64,000 nucleotides of DNA from Deltaproteobacteria bacterium (GTDB taxonomy: Bacteria; Myxococcota; Kuafuiibacteriia; Kuafuiibacteriales; Kuafuiibacteriaceae). The notes beneath the pieces are model-generated. The model made no database searches, was not told the DNA's origin, and was given only the letters and a program-made list of their open reading frames with translations. The position numbers and the translations under genes were made by a program. Shown piece after piece: positions 27,997 to 37,972 of the stretch. Where the stretch lies: contig JAVJQW010000023.1 of the NCBI GenBank assembly GCA_040218735.1, positions 64,001 to 128,000 of the forward strand, given 5' to 3'. Within the stretch, counting starts at the first letter, position 1, and each line of letters opens with the position of its first letter.

Positions 27997-28899
27997 ATGC
28001 TCCTCGCGCTCGTCCTCTCCGTCGTCGCGCCCGCGGTCGTCGCGGTCGTGCTCCTCGCGGTCGGTCACCGACCTTGGGGAGAGATGAAGGACGGGCGCTG
28101 GTCCCTCGCGCTCGCGATCCCCGCCTGCGCGTTCGCCGCCTACTTCGCCGTGCGCGGCGCCCCCGCCTTCCCGCCGACGGACGCCGGCGTCTGGCCTCTC
28201 TGGATCGGCATCCTCGCCGCGGCCCTCGCCATCCTCGAGTCGAAGGTCGAGTTACCCCGCGTCGCACGCGGCGTGGCGTGGCTCGCACTCGCGTTCGTCA
28301 CCGCGTACCTCGTTTCGCGTCCACGCATCGAGTTCGCGTGGGACACCGGCGGCACCGTCGCGTGGCTCTTCGGCGCGACGCTCGCGATCGCGGTCGTGTG
28401 GGTCGCGCTCGAGGTTCGCGCGGAGCGCGTCACGGGCTCCGCCGTCCCCCTCGCAATGACAATCTGGGGCGCCAGCGTCGCGACGGTGCTCGGCCTCTCC
28501 GGCACGGCGCTCCTCGCGCAGACCGCGGGCGGCGTCGCTGCGGCGCTCGGCGTCGCGACCGCGCTCGGCGTGTGGCGCCAGTCGCTCCCCGTCGCGCGCG
28601 CGATCGTCGGACCGAGCGTGATCGTGCTGGGCGGTCTGTTACTCGGCGGCGTGCACTACGCCGACGTCGGCTTCGCGAGCGTCGGCCTCGTCGTATTCGG
28701 CGCCGTGCTCGTCGGGCTACTCTCCTTGCCCGCGCTCTCCACGGCGGGCCTCCGCACCACCGCCACGCTGGGTATCGTCGTTCTCATCGCGAGCGGCGCC
28801 GCGGTCATGACCACGGTGTGGCCCGCAGACGACGCGGCTGCAGATTCAGCATCCACTGAAGCGAACGACGACTCGGACTACGGCTACGGATACGACTGA
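27997..28899 (+). CDS. Polytopic membrane protein (about 9-10 TM), function unknown
   Basis: Continuous hydrophobic helices and an acidic DDSDYGYGYD tail; starts 4 bp after yceI. Confidence 0.8.
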   Translation: MLLALVLSVVAPAVVAVVLLAVGHRPWGEMKDGRWSLALAIPACAFAAYFAVRGAPAFPPTDAGVWPLWIGILAAALAILESKVELPRVARGVAWLALAFVTAYLVSRPRIEFAWDTGGTVAWLFGATLAIAVVWVALEVRAERVTGSAVPLAMTIWGASVATVLGLSGTALLAQTAGGVAAALGVATALGVWRQSLPVARAIVGPSVIVLGGLLLGGVHYADVGFASVGLVVFGAVLVGLLSLPALSTAGLRTTATLGIVVLIASGAAVMTTVWPADDAAADSASTEANDDSDYGYGYD

Positions 28900-28994
28900 G
28901 TCCGAAGCTGCTCCGACATTGTCCGTCCCATGTCGCCGACGTAGGCGCGGCGCCGCGTTGCTGCCGCCCAAGGCCCACGCTAGACCCGAACGAC

Positions 28995-31900
28995 GTGGAC
29001 ACGGGAGCGGGCCTGCACCTCACCAAGATGATGCACGAAGTCGTGCGCGAAGATCCCTCGCGCCCACGACTCATCGACGCGACGAGCGGACGTGCGATCA
29101 GCGGCGACGCGCTGTACCAGACGAGCGCGCGCTTCGCGTCGTTGCTCGTGCAGCGCGGGCTCGCCGTCGGCTCCCGCGTGCTCACCTTGCTCCCCGACGG
29201 TGTGGATCTCGTCGCGGTGTACGCCGGCATCTGGCAGGCGGGCGGCGTCCTCGTTCCGCAGCACCCGAACACCCCCGCCGCGCAGCTCACCGAGATGTTC
29301 CGGCTCGTCGCTCCGCGTGTGGTCGTCACCTCTCCCGAGGGTGCGGAGCGCGTGCGCGCGGCCGCCGAGGACGCGCACTTCGAGATCATCGTCCTCACCC
29401 CGCCCGACGCCACGCCCGCGCACCCCACACCCGACGAACGGACGCCGGTGCTCGGTGACTTCTTCGCGCTCATCGAGGACGAGCGTCCCCTCGAGACCTA
29501 CCACGGTGGCGGTGACCTCCTCGCGATCATCGGATTCACCAGCGGATCGACCGGCACGCCGAAGGGCGTCGTTCACGCGCACGACTCGTTGGGGGCCGCG
29601 CAATACTACTTGCGCGACCGCAAGCCGGTGCGAACCGTCTGGGGCTTCCCGCTCGACAGCGTCGGCGGCACCTCGTTGCTCCTGAGTCAGCTCCACACGG
29701 GGTACACGATCTGCTTCCCGAAGAGCCTCAACCCGGTCGACATCCTCGACGCGATCCAGGGCCACCGCTGCAACGTCATCTTCACCGGCCCGACGGTGCT
29801 CTCCGCGATCATCGCGTTCCGCGACGTGGATCGTTACGACCTGTCGACGATGCACCGCTGGGAGTACGCGGGCGGACCGCTCGGCGATCAGCTCGCGCGC
29901 GAGCTCGTCTCGGGCAAGCTCCCCGGACGACTCCACTGCACCTACGGCCTGTCGGAGCTGGTCATCCTGACGCGGACCATCGACAGCGAGCCGCTGAAGA
30001 TCGGCAGCATCGGCCGCCCGTACGGCGAAGGCACCGCCGTGCGCATCGTGAAGACCGACGGCACGGAGGCCGGCGTCGACGAAGTCGGCGAGCTGCTCGC
30101 GCAGGGCCCCTCGCTCTTCCGCGGCTACTACCAACGCCCCGACGAGACCGCCGAGATCATCCAGAACAACTGGCTGCACTCCGGCGACCTGGTCCGGCGC
30201 GACGCGGACGGCGACATCTTCATCGTTGGCCGCATCAAGGACCTGATCATCCGCGGCGGAAAGAACGTCGTCCCCAGCGACGTCGAAGCCGTCGTGCGGA
30301 GGCACCCCGCGGTCCTCGACGTCGCGGTGGTGGGCGTCGAGAACGAGCTCTTGGGCGAAGAGGTCGTCGCGTTCACCGTCCTCAGGCCCGAGACCGAGGA
30401 CGCCGAAAAGACCGTCGCCGAGATCGACGCGCTCTGCGAGGCCGACCTTCACCCCGGCCAACGCCCCCGCGTTCGCCTCCTCGACGAGCTCCCCTCGAAC
30501 GATCGCAACAAGGTCGACAAGTTCGCGCTCAAACGGCTCGGACGTGACGGCTTCGACGCCGGCGAAGAAACCGAGCTCACCGCGACGATCCGCAAGGCGC
30601 CGGCCAAGACTCAGCTCGGCCTCGTCACGCGCGAGGTCCGCCAACTCATCGCGGAGCACCTCGAAGAACCCGAGTCGTCGATCCGTGAAGAGGCGCTCCT
30701 GACCGAGCTGGGGATGGAGTCACGGCACGCCGTGGAGCTCAGCCAACACCTCGGCGCGCGCTTTGGTCTCCGCGTCAACGCGACGTTTGTCTTCAACCAC
30801 CCCACCGTCCACGCGATCTCCACGGAGCTCACGGAGCGCATCACGTCGTCCGCGCGCGTGAAGAAGGCAGCGAAACAAACCGAAGGGCTCGACGACGATC
30901 CCGTCGTCGTGGTCGGCCTCGGCGTGCGCCTCCCCGGCGGCATCGAAAACGAAGACGACTTCTGGCTCGCGCTCCAGACCGCCTCCGATCTGCGGTCGCC
31001 GTTCCCCGAGGATCGTTACGACGTCGCCGCCCTCACCGCGCCCGAGTCCGCGAACGTCGCGACCCGCGGCGGCTTCATCGACGACATCCAAGAGTTCGAC
31101 GCCGGACTGTTCCGCATCAGCCCGATCGAAGCGGCCGCGATGGACCCCAACCAACGCCTGCTCCTCGAGACCTGCTGGGCCGCGCTCGAGAACGCCGGCA
31201 TCGCCCCCGAGCGCCTCGCCGGGACCCGCTCCGGCGCGTTGTTCGGCATCGGCAACCCCGACTTCCTGATGGACTTCCTCCCCTCCCCCGCGTTCGCGGG
31301 CGGCATCGGCGGCATGCACTCGGTCGCCGTGGGACGCATCAGCTTCGTGCTCGGGCTTCGTGGCCTCAGCTTCGCGCTCGACACCGCGTGTTCGTCGGGC
31401 CTCGTTGCATGCCACCTTGCGGCGCGCGCGATCCGGAGCGGCGATCTCGACCTCGCGCTCGTCGGCGGCGTGAACGTCGCGCTCTCCGATCTCCCGTGGC
31501 TCAACCTATCGGCGATGGGTGCGCTCAGCCCGACGAGCCAGTGCCACACCTTCGACGCGTCGGCGGACGGGTACGCGCGCGGCGAGGGCTGCGGCGTCCT
31601 CGTATTGATGCGTCGCTCGAAGGCGATCCGCGACGGCCACACCATCCGCGCCGTCGTGTCCGGCTCCGCGGTCAACCACGACGGCTTCTCCACCGCGATC
31701 ACCGCGCCCAACGGCACCGCGCAGCAGGAGCTGATCGTCGAAGCGCTCACGGACGCCGGCCTCGAACCGAGCGACGTCGGCTACGTCGAAGCCCACGGCA
31801 CCGGGACCCCGCTCGGCGACCCCATCGAGATCGCGGCGATCACGAAGGTCCTCGCCGGGCACTACCGACAGACCGAGCCCCTCCGCATCACCTCGGTGAA

Positions 31901-34900
31901 GACGAACATCGGCCACCTCGAGATGGCCGCCGGAGCGATCGGCCTGATTCGCATCGTGCTGTCCGTCGAGCGCGCGGAGATCACACCGAACGTCGGACTC
32001 ACGCAGCTCAACCCGCACATCGAAGCGGCGAACGCCGCTGTCACCTTCCCGGTGCGCTCCATACCTTGGACCGCACCGCGGCGCGTCGCGGGCGTGAGCT
32101 CGTTCGGATTCAGCGGAACGAACGGCCACGTCATCGTCGAGTCCACGCCGGAGGAGCTCATCGAACGCAGCGACGTCCGCTCGCCGTGGGAGACCTGCTT
32201 CGTCCCGATCTCCGCGCCGACCGACTCCGGCCTGCGCGCCCTCGCGGGGCGCCTCGGCGAGCACCTCGAAACGCACCCCTCGACGCGCCTCCCGGACTTC
32301 ATGTTCACGATCGGCGCGGGGCGAAGCCACGGCTTCCGACACCGCGCCGCTATCCGCGCGAAGGATCGCGAAGAGCTCACCCACGCGCTCGCGACGCTCG
32401 CCGACGGCGAGGAACACAAGACGGTCCTGCGTGGGCACGGTCCCGGCCAACGCCCCGGGAAGGTCGCGCTGATGTTCACCGGGCAAGGCGCCCAGTACGT
32501 GTCGATGGGGCGCGAGCTCTACGCCAAGAACGCCGTGTTCCGGCGCGCGCTCGACGCGTGCCAGGAAGCGGGCCGCCCGTTCCTCGACCGACCGCTCCTC
32601 GACGTCATGCACGGCGAAGGCGACGGCCCGATCGCCGAGACCGAGTGGACCCAACCCACCGCCTTCGCGGTGAGTTACGCGCTCGCCGAGTTGTGGCGCT
32701 CGGTCGGCGTCGAACCCGAGGCGGTCATCGGCCACAGCATCGGTGAGTACGTCGCCGCCTGCCGCGCCGACGTCATGGATCTCGAGAGCGCGATGCGCTT
32801 GGTCGCCGCGCGCGGACAACTCATGCAGCGCCTCCCCGCGGGCGGCGCGATGGCGTCCATCTCCGACGCACCCGACGTCGTCGCGCAGACGATCCGCGAC
32901 ACCAACAGCGCCGCCGTCATCGCCGGTTACAACGGCCCACGATCCACCGTCGTGTCGGGCCCCGAAGCCGCCGTGGACGCGCTCGTCGAAGCGCTCACCT
33001 CCAGGTCCGTGAAGGCGACCAAGCTGAAGGTCTCGCACGCGTTCCACTCCCCCTTGATGGAGCCGATGCTCGACGCGTTCCGCGAGGTCGCCGACCAGGT
33101 CCGCTTCCGCCCCGCGTCGATCCCCGTTGCGTCGAACGTCACCGGGCGCCTCTACGAGACCGGGTGGGCGCCCGACGCCAAGTACTGGGTCGACCACATC
33201 CGCTCCGCGGTTCGTTTCCAGCCCGGGCTCGAGGCGCTCTACGCCGACGGCGCGCGCATCTTCGTGGAAGCGGGCCCGCACCCCGTGCTCCTCGGCCTGG
33301 GGCGCTCGTTCATCGAAGACGCCGCGTGTGTATGGTCGCCGTCCCTCCGCCGCAGCGCCGGCGAAGAACGCACGTTCCTGCAGAGCGCCGCGGAGCTGTA
33401 CGCCGCAGGCGTCGAGCTCGACTTCGAGCAGCTCCTCGCCGGCGACGGCGTGCGCCGCATCCCCCTGCCCTCGTACCCGTTCGAGCGCAAATACTACTGG
33501 CCGAAGGTCGACGCGAAGGCCGCGTCGAGCGGGGGACGACCGATCCAGCACCCGCTCGTCGTCGAAGCCAGCGACGCACCGCCGCTCGGGATGCGCTGCC
33601 GCATCGATCTCGCCTCGGAGCACACCGCGTACCTCGAGGACCACCAGGTGCACGACGTCCCGGTCTTCCCGGCGACGGGCTACGTCGAGGCGGCGATCGC
33701 CGCCGTGGGTGCAGTATTCGAGAGCGACGTGCGCCAGCTCGAGGACGTCGAGCTGATGCACCCGCTGCGAATCGCCGACGACAAAGAGGTCTACGTGATC
33801 GTGTCGACCGAGTCCGCGGACCGCCCCGCGTTCTCCGTCGTGTCCGGCGTAAAGGCGGACCGCAAGCAGTGGACGACACACTGTCGCGGCGTCGCCGTCC
33901 TCACACCGCCGAACGAACCGGAGCGCGCGCGCCTGTCGCGGCTGCGCGAGCCGATGGTCCACGACGTCGATCCCGACGCGCTCTACGGCTTCCTCGACGC
34001 GATGGGGCTCGACTACCAAGCCGCGTTCCAGAACGTGACCGAGCTCGGCCGCGCCGCCGACGGGCGCCAGTCCCTCGGGCGCGTCAAACTCTCGCAGAGC
34101 GAAGCCGTCGATGCGAAGGACTACGCGGTGCACCCGGCGCTCCTCGACGCCGCCCTGCACTGCCTCGCGACACCGACCGACGAAGCGAGCCCGGACGCCG
34201 AGATGCCGGTGCGCATCGACCGACTCGTCGTCCACCGCGGCGGCGAGCGTGAAGCGTGGGTCCACACCCAACGACGCGACGACGACGCGATGAACGTGAC
34301 GTTGATCGATCCGGACGGCGAGATCATCGCGGAGCTGACCGGGCTGCACACCGCGACGGTGAGTCGCGCGCTGCTCGAGAAGATGGTCGGCGCCGAGAAA
34401 CCCGAAATGATCTACGCGCCGACCTGGCAGGAGACGCAGGCGGGTGAGTCCAAGGATCGACGCTGGATCGTGATCGGCGACGCGGCCTACGCGAACGAGC
34501 TCGGGGCGAAGGCCGTGTCGGTCGACGACGGCTTCGCGGCGCTCGACGCCGCGTTGGAAGACGTGGACGGTGTGCTCGATCTTCGTGCGCTCGGTCTGAC
34601 GGATGCAGACGCGCCACCGCCGTCCGTCCTCGCCGCGAACGTCGCGCGACTCGAGCTCGTCAAACACCTCCTCGAACGAAACGAGAAGCTCCACCTCGTC
34701 CTCGCGACGCGCGGAGCGACGCGCATCGAGAGCGGGGAGCGCGTCCTTCCGTTGCAAGCTGCCTTGCTCGGACAGGCGCGGACGATGATCGGTGAAGCCG
34801 TCGGCGTAGCCGTGTCCGCGATCGACCTCGAAGACGCCGAGCTCTCCCCCGCGCAGGCCGTCGAACAGCTACGGCGCGCGCTGACGGTGACCGAGCCCGA

Positions 34901-37900
34901 GGTCGCGTGTCGACAGGATCGTCTCTACGTCCCGCGCGTCGACAAGTGGACTAAGCAACGTGCGTTGACGATCCCCGAGGGGGAGTCGTTCGAGCTCGTC
35001 ACGCGCGCCGCGGGCATCCTCGAGAACCTGGAGCTCGTCGAGCGCGAGCGTCGCGCTCCGAAGGACGACGAAGTCGAGCTTGAGGTTACCGCGGTCGGGC
35101 TCAACTTCCGCGACGTCATGAACGCGATGGGCGCCTACCCCGGCGGCGTCGAGCCAATCGGCTCGGAGTGCGCCGGCGTCGTGACCGCGGTGGGATCCGC
35201 GGTGAAGTCGGTGAAGGTCGGCGACGCGATCGTCTGCCTCGTCGCGGACGGCGCGTTCCGCCGCTACGCGATCGCCCAGGAGACCTTCGTGGCTCCGGTG
35301 CGCGCGCCTGTGGCGCTGACGGGGGCGGTGACGCTCCCGATCACGATGATGACGGCGCTCCACGGCTTGGAGACCTTGGCCGACCTGAAGCCGGGTGAAG
35401 TCGCGCTGATTCACGCGGGCGCCGGTGGTGTCGGCCTCGCCGCAATCCAGCTTGCGCTGCGAACGAAGGCGAAGATCATCGCGACCGCGGGGAGCCCGCG
35501 CAAACGCGACTACCTGCGGCGCCTCGGCGTCGAGCACGTGTTCGACTCGCGGAGCCTCTCTTTCGCGGATGACGTTCGTGCGCTCGTCGGCGAGCGCGGC
35601 GTCGACCTCGTCCTGAACTCACTCGCCGGTGAGTTCATCGACGCGAGCCTCGCCCTCCTCCGCGAAGGCGGACGCTTCGTGGAGATCGGCAAGGTGCGCG
35701 TGCTGAAGCCGGACGAGGTCCCGGCGGGGGTGCGTTACTTCCACTTCGACACCGGCCTCGAGTGCCTCGAGAAGCCGGGGCTGTTCGCCGAGATGTGGGC
35801 GACCATCGAGTCGCGCATCGCGGAGGGCTCGGTACGCCCGCTCGCGCACGAGACGTACCGCCTCGAAGCGACCGTCGACGCGTTCCGCACGATGGCGCGC
35901 GGCGCCCACGTCGGGAAGAACGTCATCGTCGTCGACCCGGACTACGAGGTCGGCCCGCGCGAAGACGGCACCTACCTGGTCACCGGCGGAACCGGAGCGC
36001 TCGGACTGACCTGTGCGGCGTGGCTCCTCGAACGCGGAGCCGGGCACGTCGTGCTCATGAGCCGGCGCGGCGTCACCCCCGAGACCGAGGCCGCCGTGCG
36101 CGACCTCGACCCGGACGGCCGCCGCGTCTCGGTGGTTCGCGGCGACACGTCGAGCGCCGACGACGTCACGCAGCTCGTCGCGGGGATCGAGAAACGGCAC
36201 CCGCCGCTGCGCGGTGTGCTGCACGCCGCCGGGCTCCTCCGCGACGGCATGGCCGCGTCGCAAGACGAGGGGACCTTCGCGGCGGTCTTCGCACCCAAGG
36301 TCGACGGGACGTTCCACCTCGGGCGCGCCACCGAGTCGTGTGACCTCGACTTCTTCGTCGTGTTCTCGAGCATCGCGGCGCGCTTCGGAAACCCGGGGCA
36401 GAGCAACTACGCCGCCGCAAACGCGTACATGGACGGCTGGGTCGCGCAGGCCCGCGAAGCCGGCCGCGCCGCGCAGACGATCGCGTGGGGTCCGTGGGGT
36501 GAGATCGGCATGGCCGCCGACGAAGCGGCCCTCCGCGGCCTCACCGCGGCGGGCCTCGTCCCGATCGCTCCCGCCGATGGCGTCGCCGCGCTCGCGCAGC
36601 TGATCCGCGGCGGCCGCGAGGCCTCCGTCGTCCTCGGCGTCGACTGGTCCAAGTTCGTCGACGGCCCGCTCGGCGCGCTGCCGGTGTGGTCGAAGCTTAC
36701 GGCGACACGACAGAAGAAGACGTCCGCGCGCGCGAAGGACGGCGCGCTCGACGCCGCGCGCGCCGCGAGCGGCGAGGCGCGGCAAGCCGCCGTCGTCGAC
36801 TTCCTCCGCGACCAGGTGCGCTCGCTCCTCGGCGCCGAGGACGACTACACGATCGACGAGGCGGCCGAGCTGCGCGACGTCGGTGTCGACTCGCTCATGG
36901 CCACCGAGCTGAGGAACCGCCTGTCGACCGCGGTCGGCGCGTCGCTGCCCGGCGCGGCCATGATGGAGCACCCGACGCTCGGCGGCCTCGCCGGATACCT
37001 CGGCGGCATGCTCGGCGAGGGGCACAGCGAAGAGCCTCGGTCCCAAGCCCCTCAGCCCGAGGCACCGACCGCGACGGCAGCGCTGCAGGTGGACATCGTC
37101 GACCTCACCGCCCCCGCCGCACCGCTGTTCTGTTTCCCGCCCGCGGGCGCCGACGCGGCCGTGTTCACGCCGCTCGCTGCGCGGCTGAAACCGTGGCGCA
37201 TCGCCGTCGTGGAGGCCGCGACCTCCGCGTCGAACGAGGCCCCGACCTCGCTCGACGCGCTCGTCGCCGCCGCGATCGGAGCGGTGCGCGCCGTGCAGCC
37301 GCGAGGTCCGTACCGTTTGTTCGGCCACTCCTTCGGCGGGATGATCGCGCAGGAGGTCGCCGCCGCGCTCGAACGTGACGGCGACGAGGTCGCGTTCCTC
37401 TGGAAACTCGAAGCGCCGGTGAGTTTCTCGGACGACCCGCTGCGCGAGGTTGGACAGGCGCGAGCGACGAGTGGCTTCGCGCAGCGCGTCGGGGTCGCGG
37501 CGGCGGACCTCGACGGCGTCTTCCGCGAGATGGGCGCGTTCGCCGTGGCCTTCGACGCCATGGTCTTCGACAGGCTCACGACCATGAGCCCCGAGACGTT
37601 CCAGCGAATGTTCCCGCGCGTGCGTGACCTCGAAGGCGACGACTTCACCCGCGAGCTCGCCCGGTGGACTCACGAAGAAGGCTGGCTCCCCGCTGCGCTC
37701 TCGCCCGACGTTTGTGTCGACCGGGTCCGCAAGGTCCGCCAGACACTCGCGTGGGTCGCGGGCTACCGGCCGTCGTCGGTGAACGCACGACAAGTCACGG
37801 GGCGCGCGACGGTCGGCGCACCGTTCGGTACCGGCGACTGGAGCGACTACGCCACCGGCGCCTTCGAACAGATCGACGTCGAGGGCGACCACATCTCCTG

Positions 37901-37970
37901 CGTCATGTCGCCGGGGATCGACGCCGTCGCCCGCAGCCTCGACGCGCTGCTGCGCGAGGCAGGAGTTTGA
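28995..37970 (+). CDS. Type I polyketide synthase: acyl-CoA-ligase/adenylation-ACP-KS-AT-DH-ER-KR-ACP-TE
   Basis: A domain: FTSGSTGTPKG, YGLSE, SGDL, GRIKD. ACP: LGMES. KS: DTACSS, EAHGTGT, NIGHLE. AT: GHSIG, HAFH. DH: LEDHQVHDVPVFP, HPALLDA. ER: HAGAGGVG. KR: GGTGALG, LRD, NYAAAN. ACP: GVDSL. TE: GHSFG, GDH. Confidence 0.96.
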   Translation: MDTGAGLHLTKMMHEVVREDPSRPRLIDATSGRAISGDALYQTSARFASLLVQRGLAVGSRVLTLLPDGVDLVAVYAGIWQAGGVLVPQHPNTPAAQLTEMFRLVAPRVVVTSPEGAERVRAAAEDAHFEIIVLTPPDATPAHPTPDERTPVLGDFFALIEDERPLETYHGGGDLLAIIGFTSGSTGTPKGVVHAHDSLGAAQYYLRDRKPVRTVWGFPLDSVGGTSLLLSQLHTGYTICFPKSLNPVDILDAIQGHRCNVIFTGPTVLSAIIAFRDVDRYDLSTMHRWEYAGGPLGDQLARELVSGKLPGRLHCTYGLSELVILTRTIDSEPLKIGSIGRPYGEGTAVRIVKTDGTEAGVDEVGELLAQGPSLFRGYYQRPDETAEIIQNNWLHSGDLVRRDADGDIFIVGRIKDLIIRGGKNVVPSDVEAVVRRHPAVLDVAVVGVENELLGEEVVAFTVLRPETEDAEKTVAEIDALCEADLHPGQRPRVRLLDELPSNDRNKVDKFALKRLGRDGFDAGEETELTATIRKAPAKTQLGLVTREVRQLIAEHLEEPESSIREEALLTELGMESRHAVELSQHLGARFGLRVNATFVFNHPTVHAISTELTERITSSARVKKAAKQTEGLDDDPVVVVGLGVRLPGGIENEDDFWLALQTASDLRSPFPEDRYDVAALTAPESANVATRGGFIDDIQEFDAGLFRISPIEAAAMDPNQRLLLETCWAALENAGIAPERLAGTRSGALFGIGNPDFLMDFLPSPAFAGGIGGMHSVAVGRISFVLGLRGLSFALDTACSSGLVACHLAARAIRSGDLDLALVGGVNVALSDLPWLNLSAMGALSPTSQCHTFDASADGYARGEGCGVLVLMRRSKAIRDGHTIRAVVSGSAVNHDGFSTAITAPNGTAQQELIVEALTDAGLEPSDVGYVEAHGTGTPLGDPIEIAAITKVLAGHYRQTEPLRITSVKTNIGHLEMAAGAIGLIRIVLSVERAEITPNVGLTQLNPHIEAANAAVTFPVRSIPWTAPRRVAGVSSFGFSGTNGHVIVESTPEELIERSDVRSPWETCFVPISAPTDSGLRALAGRLGEHLETHPSTRLPDFMFTIGAGRSHGFRHRAAIRAKDREELTHALATLADGEEHKTVLRGHGPGQRPGKVALMFTGQGAQYVSMGRELYAKNAVFRRALDACQEAGRPFLDRPLLDVMHGEGDGPIAETEWTQPTAFAVSYALAELWRSVGVEPEAVIGHSIGEYVAACRADVMDLESAMRLVAARGQLMQRLPAGGAMASISDAPDVVAQTIRDTNSAAVIAGYNGPRSTVVSGPEAAVDALVEALTSRSVKATKLKVSHAFHSPLMEPMLDAFREVADQVRFRPASIPVASNVTGRLYETGWAPDAKYWVDHIRSAVRFQPGLEALYADGARIFVEAGPHPVLLGLGRSFIEDAACVWSPSLRRSAGEERTFLQSAAELYAAGVELDFEQLLAGDGVRRIPLPSYPFERKYYWPKVDAKAASSGGRPIQHPLVVEASDAPPLGMRCRIDLASEHTAYLEDHQVHDVPVFPATGYVEAAIAAVGAVFESDVRQLEDVELMHPLRIADDKEVYVIVSTESADRPAFSVVSGVKADRKQWTTHCRGVAVLTPPNEPERARLSRLREPMVHDVDPDALYGFLDAMGLDYQAAFQNVTELGRAADGRQSLGRVKLSQSEAVDAKDYAVHPALLDAALHCLATPTDEASPDAEMPVRIDRLVVHRGGEREAWVHTQRRDDDAMNVTLIDPDGEIIAELTGLHTATVSRALLEKMVGAEKPEMIYAPTWQETQAGESKDRRWIVIGDAAYANELGAKAVSVDDGFAALDAALEDVDGVLDLRALGLTDADAPPPSVLAANVARLELVKHLLERNEKLHLVLATRGATRIESGERVLPLQAALLGQARTMIGEAVGVAVSAIDLEDAELSPAQAVEQLRRALTVTEPEVACRQDRLYVPRVDKWTKQRALTIPEGESFELVTRAAGILENLELVERERRAPKDDEVELEVTAVGLNFRDVMNAMGAYPGGVEPIGSECAGVVTAVGSAVKSVKVGDAIVCLVADGAFRRYAIAQETFVAPVRAPVALTGAVTLPITMMTALHGLETLADLKPGEVALIHAGAGGVGLAAIQLALRTKAKIIATAGSPRKRDYLRRLGVEHVFDSRSLSFADDVRALVGERGVDLVLNSLAGEFIDASLALLREGGRFVEIGKVRVLKPDEVPAGVRYFHFDTGLECLEKPGLFAEMWATIESRIAEGSVRPLAHETYRLEATVDAFRTMARGAHVGKNVIVVDPDYEVGPREDGTYLVTGGTGALGLTCAAWLLERGAGHVVLMSRRGVTPETEAAVRDLDPDGRRVSVVRGDTSSADDVTQLVAGIEKRHPPLRGVLHAAGLLRDGMAASQDEGTFAAVFAPKVDGTFHLGRATESCDLDFFVVFSSIAARFGNPGQSNYAAANAYMDGWVAQAREAGRAAQTIAWGPWGEIGMAADEAALRGLTAAGLVPIAPADGVAALAQLIRGGREASVVLGVDWSKFVDGPLGALPVWSKLTATRQKKTSARAKDGALDAARAASGEARQAAVVDFLRDQVRSLLGAEDDYTIDEAAELRDVGVDSLMATELRNRLSTAVGASLPGAAMMEHPTLGGLAGYLGGMLGEGHSEEPRSQAPQPEAPTATAALQVDIVDLTAPAAPLFCFPPAGADAAVFTPLAARLKPWRIAVVEAATSASNEAPTSLDALVAAAIGAVRAVQPRGPYRLFGHSFGGMIAQEVAAALERDGDEVAFLWKLEAPVSFSDDPLREVGQARATSGFAQRVGVAAADLDGVFREMGAFAVAFDAMVFDRLTTMSPETFQRMFPRVRDLEGDDFTRELARWTHEEGWLPAALSPDVCVDRVRKVRQTLAWVAGYRPSSVNARQVTGRATVGAPFGTGDWSDYATGAFEQIDVEGDHISCVMSPGIDAVARSLDALLREAGV

Positions 37971-37972
37971 CG

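Noticed and set aside
28900-28994. GntR operator directly upstream of the PKS
   Set aside because: Only CCGACA/TGTCG half-sites without AT flanks, which is expected by chance.
28995-30550. NRPS or FAAL identity for the PKS loading domain
   Set aside because: No condensation domain. Motifs (YGLSE, GRIKDLIIRGG.N) fit acyl-CoA ligases, and I saw no FAAL-type insertion; an HMM check is needed.
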